Shown here piece after piece: positions 15,049 to 28,306 of a DNA stretch of 64,000 nt; the first letter of the stretch is position 1; each line of letters starts with the position of its first letter. Location: NCBI RefSeq assembly GCF_009914755.1, contig NC_060933.1, one strand, 5' to 3'. Under the pieces are notes generated by a model, which saw only the letters and a program-made list of their open reading frames with translations, was not told the origin of the DNA and made no database searches. The DNA is from the human T2T-CHM13v2.0 reference genome, Homo sapiens. The translations under genes were made by a program, and so were the position numbers.

Positions 15049-15667
15049 TGTTGACAAAAAGAGTCAAACTGTAAAATATTTGAAGACATTTATTCTGAGC
15101 CAAATATAAGTGACTAATGGCCTGTCACACAGACCTCAAGAGATCCTGAGAGCATGTGCCCAAGGTGGTTGGGACACAGCCTAGTATTATACATTTTAGG
15201 GAGACATGAGACAGCAATCAAATACATGTGAGATATACATTGGTTCGGTCCAAAAAGGTGGGACAACTTTAAGAGGGAGAGGGCTTCCAGGTTTTGGGTA
15301 GATGATATAAAGAATTTCTGATTGGCAATTGGTTGAAAGAATTATTATCAATAGAGAGGAGTGTCTGGGTTACAGTAAGGGATTGTGGAGACCAAAGTTT
15401 TATCATGCACATGAAACCTCCAGGTAGCAGCTATCAGAGAGAACAGATTCTAAATGTTTCTTAACAGTCTTAAGGTCTGTGTTGATGTGAATGCTGGTTG
15501 GCTTTTCCTGAATTCCAAGAGGAAGGAGGGCATAATGAGGCATGTTTGACCCTGCCTTCCCGTCATGGCCTAAACCAGTTTTCAGGTTAACTTTGGAATA
15601 CCCTGGCTGAGAGGAGGGCTTGATTCCGATGGTTAGGGGGGCCTTAGAATTTTATTTTTGGTTTAGT
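15049..15667 (-). mobile_element. MER4 (B-like) ERV1 solo LTR
   Basis: tgttgacaaaaagagtcaaactgtaaaatatttgaagacatttattctgagccaaat start; 4-bp TSD CTAT at 15045-15048 and 15668-15671. Confidence 0.88.
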
Positions 15668-16427
15668 CTATGCAAAGCCTTCATTACACTAGGTATTGGA
15701 CATATAGCATTAAACAGGGCAGACACAGTTCCCAACCTCATATCCTTAGCATCAAATGAAAGAAAGATAATTACAGGAGCAATTTCAGGTTATTCATATG
15801 ATAAGTGTTATGATAGGGAAGTACAGTGGATGATAGACCAAAATGTTTGAAAACATTTTGAGAGATGATTTAATAAAATTTAATGTAATTTAATTTTTAT
15901 GTTTTAAATAAAATTTAATTTAATAAAAAGAGAGTCATCTATTGTGGACTTTTGAGGATCAAAGCTATTGATCATCAGTGGTAGGTGGTCTACCGATGTA
16001 CTCCTTTCTGAGGGAAACCCTGGTCTTTTGTGCAATATATGAGAAGAAAGACTGAACCATCTGGCATGAGAAGGAAGTGATACCCTGGTTTGCTGACACG
16101 CATCCCACCATCATTAAGGGAGCTGGCCTTATGATAGATCCTATTCTGCAGAAAACAGAAGGGATGGTAGAATGAAAAGAACATTCTAGAGGTAGTGAAC
16201 ATATGTGCAAAGGCCCATGGCTGGGGATTGAGAAGGAAGAGAGGGAAGTTTGCAGGGTTGTAGAGGACCCTGCCTGTTGTCTATCCTCAGGGCAGTGGGA
16301 ACCCTCTCAAGGGTTTTATTAGCGGTTGTTGTTTAATGACATTGCCCTGCAGGAGAGTCACTTTGGCTGCAGGGTGGGCTCAACAGGGGTGAAGGAGACT
16401 GGTCACAAGGCTGTTCTGGTAAATCAA

Positions 16428-17097
16428 AGAAAGTTTCTCAAACATTTTGGTCTTAGGGCTCCTTTACACACACAAAGTATTGAGGATACTAAAGAGTTTT
16501 TGTTTTGTGGTTGTACCTACCAATATTTGCCAAATTAGAAATTGAAACAGAAAATTTAAAAAGTATTTAACTCATTAAAAATAACATTAATTAAACCATT
16601 ACATGTTAACTTGACATTTTTTTATAAAACAGAACTCTATTTCAAAAACCAAAAATCTAGGATAATAGGATACCATTGCTTTACATTTTTGCAAATCTCT
16701 TTAAAGTATAGTCTAATGGAAGCCTGATAGAGTCTCATTTGCTTTCACTGTCAGTCTGCTGTGAGTGCTTTTTAGTTTAAGTACGCAAAGAAAATCCAGA
16801 CTTATGCAGATGTATACTTGGAAAATGGAGAAATATTTTAATGGTCTTTTCAGATAATTGTGCATATTATTCTTTGATACCACACCAATATTCAACAGAT
16901 GGTAGTTTCTTAAATGTTAGTTGCAAAGGGGAATCTGAAACGATATCAGTACACTTAAATTCTGTACATTGAAAACCATTAATCTCTCTTGAACTTTGAA
17001 TGGGTTTTATTCATGCATGATATGATCTTGTAGATGCCTGCAAGGACCTTGGAGATAGATCCCTAGGGGTCCCTGAATCACCTCTTGAGAACAGCTT
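16428..17097. mobile_element. hAT-Charlie family DNA transposon fossil (subfamily unresolved)
   Basis: Charlie-type degenerate TIRs (tttctcaaac... / ...ttgagaacagct); AT-rich body inserted in the L2. Confidence 0.7.
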
Positions 17098-17991
17098 CAG
17101 AAAATCAAAGAAGCTATGATAGGAACCTGAATGAGGGAGGTAAAAGGAACAGTAGAGATGTAATGAGAGATGGATAAACACAGCATTGCTGGAGAATTGA
17201 GGATGGATCTCATTTAGGGAAAGAGGAAGAGATGCCTCCCAGGTTCTGGCCTGGGTGAATGATGGTGCATTCATTGATAAGAGAGCACAGGTTGAGAATC
17301 AGGTTTGGGCAAAATGAGGTGAATTCTTTTGGGCATGTTAGAATTAGGGTGCTTTCAGACATTCTAGAAGTGATGCACACTTGAGCCTGAAGCTCATGAG
17401 AGTCCTCGCTCAAGGACAGATTTGGGTTGAAAATCTTAAGTGTATGCAACAATAAATAAAGCCAGAGAGCAGGCAAGGTAACCAGCAGAGAGTTCTCCAC
17501 AAGCTCAAAGAGAGGTTACTGAGGGAGGAAATCTATAAAGTACTGACATTTATGGGACAAGAAGGAGGAAGAGGAAATCTAAGAGAAGACTGAGATGAAG
17601 AAGAAAAACCAAAAAGATGTCATGCTGTGGAAAGCAAGGAAGGAATGGGAGTGCTTCCAGAAGAAGGAAGTGGCCCATGGGGGTACGTGCTGCAGTGGTT
17701 CAGGAATATACAAACTGATGTGCTGCTGAGCTCAGAGCATAGGCCTGCAGTAGCAGCGCACTGGGGAGGGAAGTGCAGGGGTCAGGATACTTCATCCCTC
17801 ACTCCACGCTTCATACCACTTGCCTTCGTTGAACACCTGCTCAGGTGTAGGCATAGAATTTTTCTAACACATCCCTCAATTTTATGATGGTTATAGTTAA
17901 TACTGTGGGGAAAGTAGAGAATAAACAAGTCAACCAATATATGCTTATAATCTTACGGGAATCCCCAAACAAGCTCTAAAATGTAGAGAAG

Positions 17992-18293
17992 ACAAATTCA
18001 CATTTCCTTACATTCAATGCTAAGATCCAAAATGCTCTGGAAACTAAAAAGTTGGTCATATCTCATTTGGTGGCAAAACCAAACTGAGAAGACTTTAGGA
18101 TGGTTACAGTCTCTTTTTAGCCCATTAAGTTACTATTTACACTACTCAATAAAAATAGTCAGTATTCTTGTTTTGTGGTGCTGCCTCAGACCCAGCTGGA
18201 GGTATATATAAATTACATCACCCCTTTGAAATCTGACAATGTCTGAATCCCTAACAAATCCACAAGGATTGCATATAAGAGATCATGGACCTG
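17992..18293 (+). mobile_element. MER46C-like (TcMar-Tigger) fossil inside a MIR
   Basis: ctcatttggtggcaaaacc, gtgctgcctcagacccagctgg and the terminal atggacctg match MER46C; MIR-like flanks at ~17940-18380. Confidence 0.7.
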
Positions 18294-18430
18294 TTCTGTC
18301 TCTGTTTCACAAATGAGTTAAAAAAGAAACAAAGGTTAAATAACTTCTTCATATTTACACAGCCACACTAGGCTACTGCACCAAGCTGTCTCTTAAGTAG
18401 GATATCCAACATCAAGTAAAGTAGCTCATA

Positions 18431-19392
18431 TATCCATCCACCTGTCCATATGTCCATCCATCCACCCACCAACTCACCAACCCATCCATCCATCCATCCA
18501 CCCATGCATCTACCCATCCATGCATCCATCCATCCATCCATCCATCCACCCACCTGTCCATTCATCCATCTACTCATCCATCCACCCATCCTTCCACCTA
18601 TCCATGCATCCATCCATCCATCCATCCATCCATCCATCCATCTATCCATCCATCCACCTGTTCATTCATCCATCCACTCATCCACCCACCCATCCTTCCA
18701 CCTATCCATGCATCTATTCATCCATCCATCCATCCATCCACGCATCCATCTACATCTACCCATTCATCCATCCACTCATTCAGCCACCCATCCATCCACC
18801 CATCCTTCCACCCATCCATGCATCAATTCATCCATCCATCCATCTACCCATCCACCTGTCCATTCATCCATCCACCCATCCATTTACTCATCCTTCCACC
18901 CATTCATGCATCCATTCATGCATCCATCCACCAATCCATCCACCCATTCATCAATCCACTCATCCATCAACCTATCCATCCACCCATCCATCTATCCATC
19001 AACCTGTCCATTCAGCCATCCACCCATCCTTCCACCCATCCATGCATCCATTCATCCATCCATCTGTCCACCCATCCATCCACCCATTCATCCATCCACT
19101 CATCCATCCAACCACCCATCCACCCATCCATCTACCCATCCACCTGTCCATTCATCCATCCACCCATCATCCACCCATCCTTCCACCCATCCATTCATCC
19201 ATCCATCCATCCATCCATCCATCCATCCACCTACCCATCCACCCGTCCATCCATCCATTCATCCATCCACCCATTCATCCATCCACTCATCCATCCACCT
19301 ATCAATCCACCCATCCATGCATCCATCCGTCTACCTATCCATGTATTTATGGATGAGTATCCATTCATCCATCTATCTATCCACCCACCCAT
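18431..19392. repeat. Large degenerate (CCAT)n/(CCAC)n tetranucleotide array
   Basis: About 960 bp of ccat/ccac/tcat units; source of the H/P/S/I-rich ORFs. Confidence 0.97.
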
Positions 19393-19498
19393 TTGTTTGT
19401 CCAAAACATTTACTTGAGACTCTGTTATGGTTCAGACTGTTGAGGTAATGGTTCAAAGTTACTGGAAAAGTGGTGAAAACTCCTTTTTTAAAAAGTAG

Positions 19499-19868
<370 letters not shown>

Positions 19869-22184
19869 TGAAGGAATGATTTAATACTGAGCTGCATCCT
19901 GGCTGTATCCGGTATTGATCAACAGAGTTCTTCCAGCTCTCTTACCATTTACTCAAGGGCAAGGACCACATCTCATCTCCTGTGTCCTTTATATTATCCT
20001 TACGGGGCCTATTTTAGTGTTTGGAGACTGTGGTCTCTCAAAAAACAACTGGGAGGAATCGAATGATTAATTTTCTATGTGCTGTAGGAGGCAGAAGGAT
20101 AAAAACAGGGCAGTACAAATGCATTTCAGACGGCAGCCTCCAAAGGAATTGCAGAACTATTTTCTGAAAAACAGAATAAAGAAAGCATGCCTTCAAATGT
20201 CATTAGAGAAAACTACTCTCCAAGGGAGAGGAAAGGCTATGGGAAAGCAAAATAGAAAAGCAGTACAACTAAGTGCATATTCTTGCAATTGTGGGGAGGC
20301 CTGTGGGGGAAGGTATATGTAAGAGTCACAGAGGAAACAACACACTCAAGAGGTTATAACATCACAACAGAAGTGCTTCACAGGCTCAGAGCCAAGAAAC
20401 ACATCCCTAAGTTCATGGAGGGAACAGTAGATGAGGACATTCAGTGTGGAGAAATTGAGGGCAAGGGTAAAGTTGCATTCCACGACAGAGAACAGAATGA
20501 CATCTACTCTGGAGAGCTGGGCACAGGATCCAGTTGCCTGGGAAGTACCCGCACCATTTCTGGGAATTTGGCTGAATCAGATGCGGAGACCTGGAGCTGA
20601 AACTTCCCACAGCTGTTGCCTGGAATGGAGTGGCGAGCTTTGGATTTGAATAACTCCATGGATTTAACCTGCAGGTTCTGGAGAAGACCAGGACATTTTG
20701 CAAAAGCATAACGCAAACCACTCTTGAAGGAAATGACTCAGACAAATGAAGTCTTTGCTCCAATGCTGGTATCTTGTCCATTTTTGACTCTTGACCAGGG
20801 GCTCACCCATAGATCTGGTGCTGGGACATGCCCTGCTTCCACATTGAGGTCTCTTGCCCATGTTGGACCCTATGTTCACCCTGGAGCCCCACCTGCCACC
20901 TGGTCTTGGCTTAGCATCTTTGTCTTGGGACAGCACGTCCCACGTCCTGAGCTATGAACAGGAAGGAACCCTGAATCTCAGGATGAGATTGTTAACTTTA
21001 AAACTATTTTTTTTTACATGAGAACCTCTCCTTTTCCCACAAGAAAATCTAGTGCCCAACCCCAATCCTTAAAACAGATAAAAGTAGAGGCTTTTGGGTG
21101 GAGGCTAAGCAGTGGTGAGATGGAAGGGGGTTAGCAGAATGAAACCCATGCCCCTCAGCTTTCCAGGCCCTGGGACCTGAAGATACAGTAATGTGGTAGG
21201 TTACTATTTTAATGAATTACATGGAATTTTCATTGAGAAAATCATCAAGGGTATACTTGTATACACATACACAGTTTTGATATGTATATTTTCTGTATTC
21301 TGCATTATGCTTCCATAAAAGATGGAAATACTTCACCAATGAAAAGATAATAAGGAAAGAGCCAGATCCTAAGTATGCATTATCTAGTTGAATAAAATTA
21401 GAACTTAGATTTTCCATATCACATTTCAGATGACATGCTGTTTAGAGAAATTAGAATCACAAAGTTGAATCTAATCCTTGTATGTGTTGCCTATCAGTTT
21501 CTGAAAAAGATTATTTTAAAAATCATATAATGTTTCTCTGGATTCTGTAGTGATTCCAAGGAAATTAAAATGAACTTTAGAGAACCCTTTAACCCCCTCT
21601 CCCCAAGAATAGTTCTTGAAAGGATTGCTTAAGAATTCACCACCACTGCTCCCCACTCTCATCTTTAATTCATTTTTCGTGATTGTGGGGGAAGAAATGG
21701 AGCTTTAGGGATGGGGCAAGGGATGAAAGAACCAGAAACCCAAAGCCAGAACTAGGCTTTACTTTCATGTGACTGCACCAGATTACTCAGGAAGAGGGGG
21801 AAGCTCAGTTTTCAAACAGACATGCTCACTCTGCAGAGGTTGAAGTGGGGAGGTGTTAGAGATCCCAGGAAGCAGGGGGTGCCCGGGATTACTCAGTGTT
21901 CCCTGAGGGTGAAGACATTTCACAAAGTGGGGTTGCTTTAACAACCTTTCTTCCCTTCCTTTCCCAATTTTACAAACCATCTGTTGCTGTCTGGGACACA
22001 TCGACCCTGTTCAAAGCGCGGCTGTCCCAGGGGAGCAGGCCTTGTAACAGTGGGCATGCCTTGTCATGGGTGTCGTCAGCTCGTTACTGATGGTGTATGT
22101 TTGCCAAAAGAACTTGCTTTTTCTGCTAGTATTGCCAAGTTTTATTGGAAACATGTGGGTCCTATGTCTTTTGGAGAAAACAGA

Positions 22185-22385
22185 ATCTCTACTGTGCCAA
22201 GAATTTTACATGCATAATCTCATATATGTCTCACAAATTCCTAGGAATGGCTATGATTGTCCTCTGTGAAAGGACAAGGTTTGGAGACATGAAGTTGCCT
22301 GAGATCACACAGTGAGTAGGCGGTGGAGGCAGGATTCCTACTCAGACAGCCTTAATTAAAATTCTGGGACTCTTAATGATTTCAC
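22185..22385 (-). mobile_element. MIR
   Basis: tactgtgccaag...ttgcctgagatcacacagtgagtaggcggtggaggcaggattcc is antisense MIR. Confidence 0.75.
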
Positions 22386-22814
22386 TAGCCATGCAAATGA
22401 AATACTTTAGTGTGGCAGGAGGAAAGAAACTATATACCACTCTAATTAGTCACTGGAATGTGTAGTTAATGTAGGCAATGACCTCATTCATTTGTAAGCG
22501 TTTGATGGGAGGAAAGTTCCACTAATAAAATATAGTTTTAAAAAATGAGATTGAAGACTTCATTAGGAAAACATATTAACTTATTTCCTTGGAATTAGAA
22601 TACATGTAATGCTTTATCTCAGTTACGTAAGCAGAACAAAAAATTAATAGGCAGTAAAGATCCAAAAAGGTGAAAACAGAAAAATAAAAACTCCCATTAA
22701 AGCAGTATAAGTAATTGATAGACAACCAGGGGTTTATTTTTCTTTTGTAGAAGTAAACAGCCTCAGATCTCTCTTCTCCTGCTTGCTTATTCTGTACAGA
22801 ATTTCCTTTCAGGA

Positions 22815-23560
22815 CTGTGAAGATGTCATGCCATTATCTTCTGTTTTTACTGTTTCTGCTGGGAAATCAGCTGTGTATATGTCTTACTGTTGCCCCTTTG
22901 AAGTTAATATGCCCTTTAAATTTTTTCTGGATGCTCTAAAGGTTTTTATCACTGTTGTTGATTTCCAGCATTTTACCATGATGTTCTCTAGGTATGGTTT
23001 TCTTTGTATTTACCCTGCTTGTGGTTCACTGAACCTCTTGCTTCTATGGGTTTCATGATATTTGAGAAATCTTCAAATATTGTTTCCACCATAATCTCTT
23101 TCTCCTTCCCTTGTAGCACTTCAATTGTATATATATTAAACTACTTCATCATGTCACATTTGTTTCTTATATACTTTTTTGGTATTTTATACCCTTTTAA
23201 ATTCTCTATTCTTTATTCTGGATTTTTCTATTGGCCAATCTTTCAGTTTCCTAATCTTTTATTTGACTGTGACTAATCTGCTGTTAAATCTATCTATTCA
23301 GCTCTTAATTTCAGTTATCGCATTTTTCAGTTCTAGAATTTTCATTTGGTTTATTGATTTGAGTTTTCTGCTGAATTCACATTTGTCTTCTAATTTCTTG
23401 AATATATGAATCTTAGTTATTTAAAAATCTATTTTTGATCATTCTCATATCGGGATCTGTTTCTATTACCTATTTTTTTTTTCTTTTGGTCCTACTTTCT
23501 TGTATGCCTGGAAAGTTTTCATTGCATAGTAGATATTGTATATAGGAAACTGTAGAAGCT
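22815..23560 (-). mobile_element. Ancient L1ME/HAL1 ORF1-region fragment
   Basis: T-rich antisense text: gggaaatcagctg, ctaatctgctgttaaatc, taatttcagttatcgcatttttcagttctagaatt. Confidence 0.75.
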
Positions 23561-24112
23561 CTATCTCTGCTGTCTAGTAGAGTAGCTGTAGGTGGCGATT
23601 GAACACTTGCAATGTGGGTTGCTTTTGTGTCAGGTACCCACTGGTTCATATCAATGTGCTCCTCTTTCCTTGAGACATTGGCCAAGTTCTAGCTACCAGG
23701 TGTCTTCAGACAGATCCTTTGGCATTTTGTCCAACTTTCCAATCGGGCATCAGCAGGATCAGGCTGCTACAAACCAGACCCTTGGAGCCAGAAGTGGGCT
23801 TCCATGGCCATCTCCTGCACTACTTCCTCCCTCATAAATACTAATCTACTTGCTTTTCCTCTTCTCTGTTTATCACTTGGATTCAAAAAAATCTACTAGA
23901 ATATGTCCTCCATGGAGAAGTTTTCCAAAGTGAGACTGGACTGCCCTGTATTCCTCTGAAGGTGAAGCTGCTTAAACAGAACCTGACCAGTCAGGTCCCC
24001 AAAGAGGATCAGGCTTGGACTCTGCTGGGAAAAAATATAGGAATTCCGACATCAGCAGCTGCACTCTTGACTTTTGTTACACTTGCTTTAAAAACTTAGA
24101 AGCGATAATAGT

Positions 24113-24235
24113 AGCTGGGTGGTGCATACTTGTAATCCTATCTACTCAAGAGGCTGAGGCAGGAGGATTGTTTGAGCCCAGGAGTTTGAGACCCAACTGG
24201 GCAACATAGCAAGATCTCGTTTCTATTTAAAAGAT
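24113..24235 (+). mobile_element. FLAM (Alu left monomer)
   Basis: Single monomer with gaggctgaggcaggaggattgtttgagcccaggagtttgag. Confidence 0.85.
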
Positions 24236-24294
24236 TAATTTTTAAAAAGTAAAGAAAAAGATATTTTGAGGCTAACCTCCAGATCACCTCTTAT

Positions 24295-24460
24295 GTTATA
24301 GAACTTTGGGAGCTGGAGTGAGTCCAGAATTACTTGTTTGCTGTCTCTAGAATGTTCTTTCCACTCCAACATCCCTTCTAATGTGACAGTGGTGAACAGT
24401 CTGTCTGCCCAGGTTGACACTTAGATGTTCACAGACAAGCAGTGCCCTCCAGCTCCAGCC
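24295..24460 (-). mobile_element. Possible L3/CR1 3' fragment
   Basis: atagaactttgggagctggag...caacatccct...agtctgtctg loosely resembles antisense CR1/L3. Confidence 0.35.
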
Positions 24461-24700
24461 AAGGGGTATGGCCTTGAACTTAGTGCTGCTCAACACGGGA
24501 AAAGCTAAGTGAAGGATGGGCATGTAGCCCAACTTTCCTCTTACATACCCAACATCTGTGCTTGGATTAAATCAACCACATACTACCCTGAGTGTACCAT
24601 AGTGCAACCAACCAAAGAATCTTTATTGAATTTCACTTTGGATGAATGCCATTGGCAATGATGGAAGATGGCAAAAGAAAGCTTATTTTGCTTGTGGGAA

Positions 24701-25009
24701 TTTTTTGTTTTGTTTTGTTTTTTAACTGAGACAAGGTCTTGCTCTGTCACTCAGGCTGGAGTGCAGTGGCACGATCTCAGCTCACTGCAACCTTGACTTT
24801 CTGGACTCAAGTGATCCTTCCACCTCAGTCTCCCAAGCAGCTGGGAGTACAGGTGTTAACCACCATGTCTGGCTAGTTTCTGTAGTTTTTGTAGAGATGG
24901 TGTTTCAGCCTGCTGCCCAGGCTGGTCTTGAACTCCTAGGCTCAAGCAATGTACCTGCCTCAGCCTCCCGAAATGCTGGGATTTTAGACATGAGCCACTA
25001 CACCCAGTC
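24701..25009 (-). mobile_element. AluJ
   Basis: J diagnostics (gactcaagtgatcctt, gcccaggctggtcttgaactcctaggctcaagc); diverged. Confidence 0.93.
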
Positions 25010-25119
25010 CACACTCTTACTGTTATGGCTACTAATTTTCTCATAGAGTTATAGCTACTGCAGCTCTTTCCAGTCTTACCTCCTCTCTCCAATGTAGTAT
25101 CTACACTAGCCAGAGTAAT

Positions 25120-25667
25120 TGTATTAGTTTTCTAGTGCTGCATAACAAACTAGCTCCAAACTTAGTGGCTTAAAACAACAAACGTTCATTTTACCATGTC
25201 TGTGGATCAGGAATCTGAGCAAGGCTTCACTGGTGCCTGACTCAGGATCTCTCACAAGGATGCAGCAAAGGGGTTGGCTGGGGCTGAGTGATCTGCGGGC
25301 TCAACTCGGATAGGATGCACTTCCAAGCTCACTGACGTGGCTGTTGGCAGCCCTGAGGTCTTGGCTGGCTGTTGGCTGGAAACATCAATTTCTTGACCCA
25401 TGGATCTCTACACAGGGCAGCTCACCACATGGCAGCTCCCTTCCTTTGGAGTGAGCAAGGGGTAGAGTGAGAGAGAGAAGCCAAGACAGAAGCCACAGGC
25501 CTTTTGTAACCTAATCTCAGAAGGGCCATCCCATTCTTTTGCTTGTATTGTATTCATCAGAAGCAAGTCACTAAGTCTAGTCTGCACTAAAGGGAGAGGA
25601 TCACACAAAGGCATGAATTCCAGGATCTGCAGATCACCAGGGGCCATCCTGGAGGCTTTCTGCCACA
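25120..25667 (-). mobile_element. MLT1F-like solo LTR inserted in a plus-strand L2 fragment
   Basis: tgtattagttttctagtgctgcataacaaac...aaacttagtggcttaaaacaac...ggccatcctggaggctttctgccaca. Confidence 0.88.
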
Positions 25668-26044
25668 TCCCCTGACTACACAAAGCCAGCACGCCTCTGC
25701 TGGAAATCCTCCTGGGGGTCCACCGTGCTCTTCAGATGGAGTGCAGACCCTGTTGCATGGCTGGCAGGGCCATCCAACCACGCCACTCACCACTCTGGGC
25801 TTATTTTGAGAGGCTTCATTCCTGGCCCATTTGTTTTTTCTACAAAGAAGAAAAATGGATTCCATTAAGTTTCATTTTTTTCTCTGTCCCAGATGATATT
25901 TTCAAAAAGTAGCAAACTTACCTAAAAAGCCCAAAACAGGATGCTGAAAATGTCGCCAGACTAATGTACAATCCAAGAATGGGTCCCTGAATAATTTACA
26001 GTTCCCTGTAACTGAACAGAAACGGGTAAAAGCAGTCAGCGGCT

Positions 26045-26200
26045 AGCACTTGCTACTGTGTCAGGTACTGCCCAGACAACTTTCCATGGATTGACCCATT
26101 TACCCTCCGAAAGCCCTAAGCAGTGTCCTCATTTCACAGATGATGTGCAGGCAGGTCAGAGGCGGGGGGCTGGCTTGGAGCCTGCCCCTATGCCACGTAT
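26045..26200 (-). mobile_element. MIR fragment
   Basis: tactgtgtcaggtactg...cctcatttcacagatga. Confidence 0.6.
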
Positions 26201-27246
26201 GCTGCCCTGGCCCATGGATGCTCCCAGACCAGGCAGGCGACCGCGTGGAGTCTACAGCTGCTTCCTGTGCATTTCACAATGCCCAGTACAGCACTCAGGA
26301 TGGGATTTGATTCCTGAAAATAGCCTTTGTTAACTACTTCAGCCTATACACAATATTTTAAGTGAAGGGGTGGAAACAAGTTTTTGAAATATTTTTAATG
26401 TGTATTAGGATTTCATAAATTTGATAACAGAAAAAGCCTTTTTGTAGTTGGTTTTTGTTTTACCTTTTTTCCTAAGTAATCCTTTGAAATGTGGGCATTT
26501 AAAGAAGAAATTAAAGTTTCTCTGGACACAAGATTCTGCTTTAGAAGAATTTCTCCAGAGAGTTCTCAAATCGATTCTTTTCTTTCCTAGAAAAATGTAA
26601 ACAACCACAATTGTTGGGAACCATCCTGTGTTGGAAGGTTTTGCCATTGATGGTCTGTCCAGGTGATTTTAACTTTCTCTTATATGTTTCTTCATTCATC
26701 TTTTAGCACCTGTGATGATATTTTTGGGATTAAGCAGCAGATAATTTTTCAATCAAAGGAGTGAGTGACATGAAGACGACGCTGGTTTGGGCTCAACTTC
26801 AAGAACTCTCCTGTAGCAGGGCATGGCTTATTTACAATGGAAGGAGCCTGACTGCTGGACGGCACCAGCAGAGAGAGGTTGCCCCCTCTGATGTAAAAGC
26901 TGGAACTCCTTTCCCGCCCTAATTCTAAACCACTTACTTTAAAATGACTTCCATGTGGTATGGACAGAAATGCAAATGGAGCAATCACATTTCCTTTGCA
27001 AGTATTAGGCTGCACATTTTTTTTTTAACAGAAAGAATGTCAATAAAAGATCTAGGTCTCTGATAACAACACATGGGCCCAATTATTTCAGAAACCAGTT
27101 TTATCCTACATGATCCAGAGCACTGGGGACTTTCCAGCATTTTCCATTGTGCAGTCTCTCAAAGTTCAGACTTAGGATTCTTACGTAAAGCATCACTTTT
27201 TCACTTAACCCATCCTATTCCCCTGCCCCCAAATTCCAAATGTCTG

Positions 27247-27367
27247 TTTTTATTTCACATTTTTAAGCTTACTTAATTGACAAATAATAATTGTATATAT
27301 TTGGGTACAGTGTAATGTTTTGATATATTTTTACATTATGGAATGTTTTAATGTATGCTTCATTAAC
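27247..27367 (-). mobile_element. Short L1MA 3'-terminal fragment
   Basis: ttaattgacaaataataattgtatatatttgggtacagtgtaatgttttgatatat. Confidence 0.75.
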
Positions 27368-27899
27368 GGTGAAATGATTTCTGCTAACTATCCCTCATTT
27401 TGCAATCCTGAGCAGTTAATGGGAGAAAACAAAAACAACAATTTATGCATCTCTAAGTAGCATGAGTTCAAACGGGCCTTGTCGGAATCTAAGTGAGCCA
27501 TCTGCCAGTTAAAAGTCGGACTTTCTGTCTTTTTTAACCATGGAAGAGAGTTTATTTTCCAGCTGAACACATTTTTAAAAGGGCTTTTAAGAAGCTAATC
27601 ATATTAGGGGTCGTCCAGATATCATTGCCTGGGGCACAGGGGGCCACCCAGCCTCCTGTCTAGATAGAGATAGCTTCTCTCTGGAATCTCTTTGTCTTAC
27701 CCCTTTCTGATAGCCACACCCCAGGGTGCTCTAGGACCAAGATCTCTGAAGCACTGGCCCTCCCTCCTTGCTATCTTGACATTTCTCTCCTCTCTCTTCC
27801 CCAATTTCTCACTGTTGCTCTACCCAGAAACAAATTTGCTAATAATCATTTTAAAAATGCACATTTTTGCACACCTCCCCACAGTTGGAAAAACAACCC

Positions 27900-28095
27900 T
27901 TTATGTCAAATGCACATGTGAGCTTCCAAAGCACAGTCATATTTTGTTCTCACTTAATCTTCACCCAAACCCAATGAAGCTACTTACAGTCACTGCCTGC
28001 TTTCCAGAAATAAAGAAACGAGGCTCCCAGGACAATGAGATCAGCCCAGGGATGTGCCCTTTGTATGTGGTAGAGCCATCTGTGGACACAAGGTG
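27900..28095 (-). mobile_element. MIR
   Basis: tctcacttaatcttcacccaaacccaatgaag...aagaaacgaggctc. Confidence 0.65.
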
Positions 28096-28306
28096 CAAAT
28101 GGTATTCAGGATGCATAAGTCACTCGGTTCAGGGGCCTTGCCACATCTAGCTGAGTCTTCCTTGTGCTGTGGTCTCTTGCCCCCAGTCCGTCTCAGCTCC
28201 TGCCACTCCCTGGACCCCAGTCACATGGTTGATCCCCAAATGTAGGGAGGACATTACATCCTTGAAATACATGGTTACTAAGGATGTGGAATTGTAATGT
28301 GCCAGG

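Larger units (their letters stand above)
15015..17720 (-). mobile_element. L2 (fragmented host), interrupted by the MER4 LTR and a Charlie element
   Basis: aataaacatttattatgtacctac tail; tgtgcaaaggccc, tcactttggctgc, gatgcctcccaggttctggcctggg are antisense L2 motifs in collinear order. Confidence 0.75.

Noticed and set aside
18450-19448. Longest ORFs (332, 278 and 199 aa, H/P/S/I-rich)
   Set aside because: All three frames are open because the (CCAT)n array lacks stop codons on this strand; a simple-repeat artefact.
20283-20600. 105-aa ORF with globular-looking composition
   Set aside because: Non-ATG start, no recognisable homology, no convincing splice sites.
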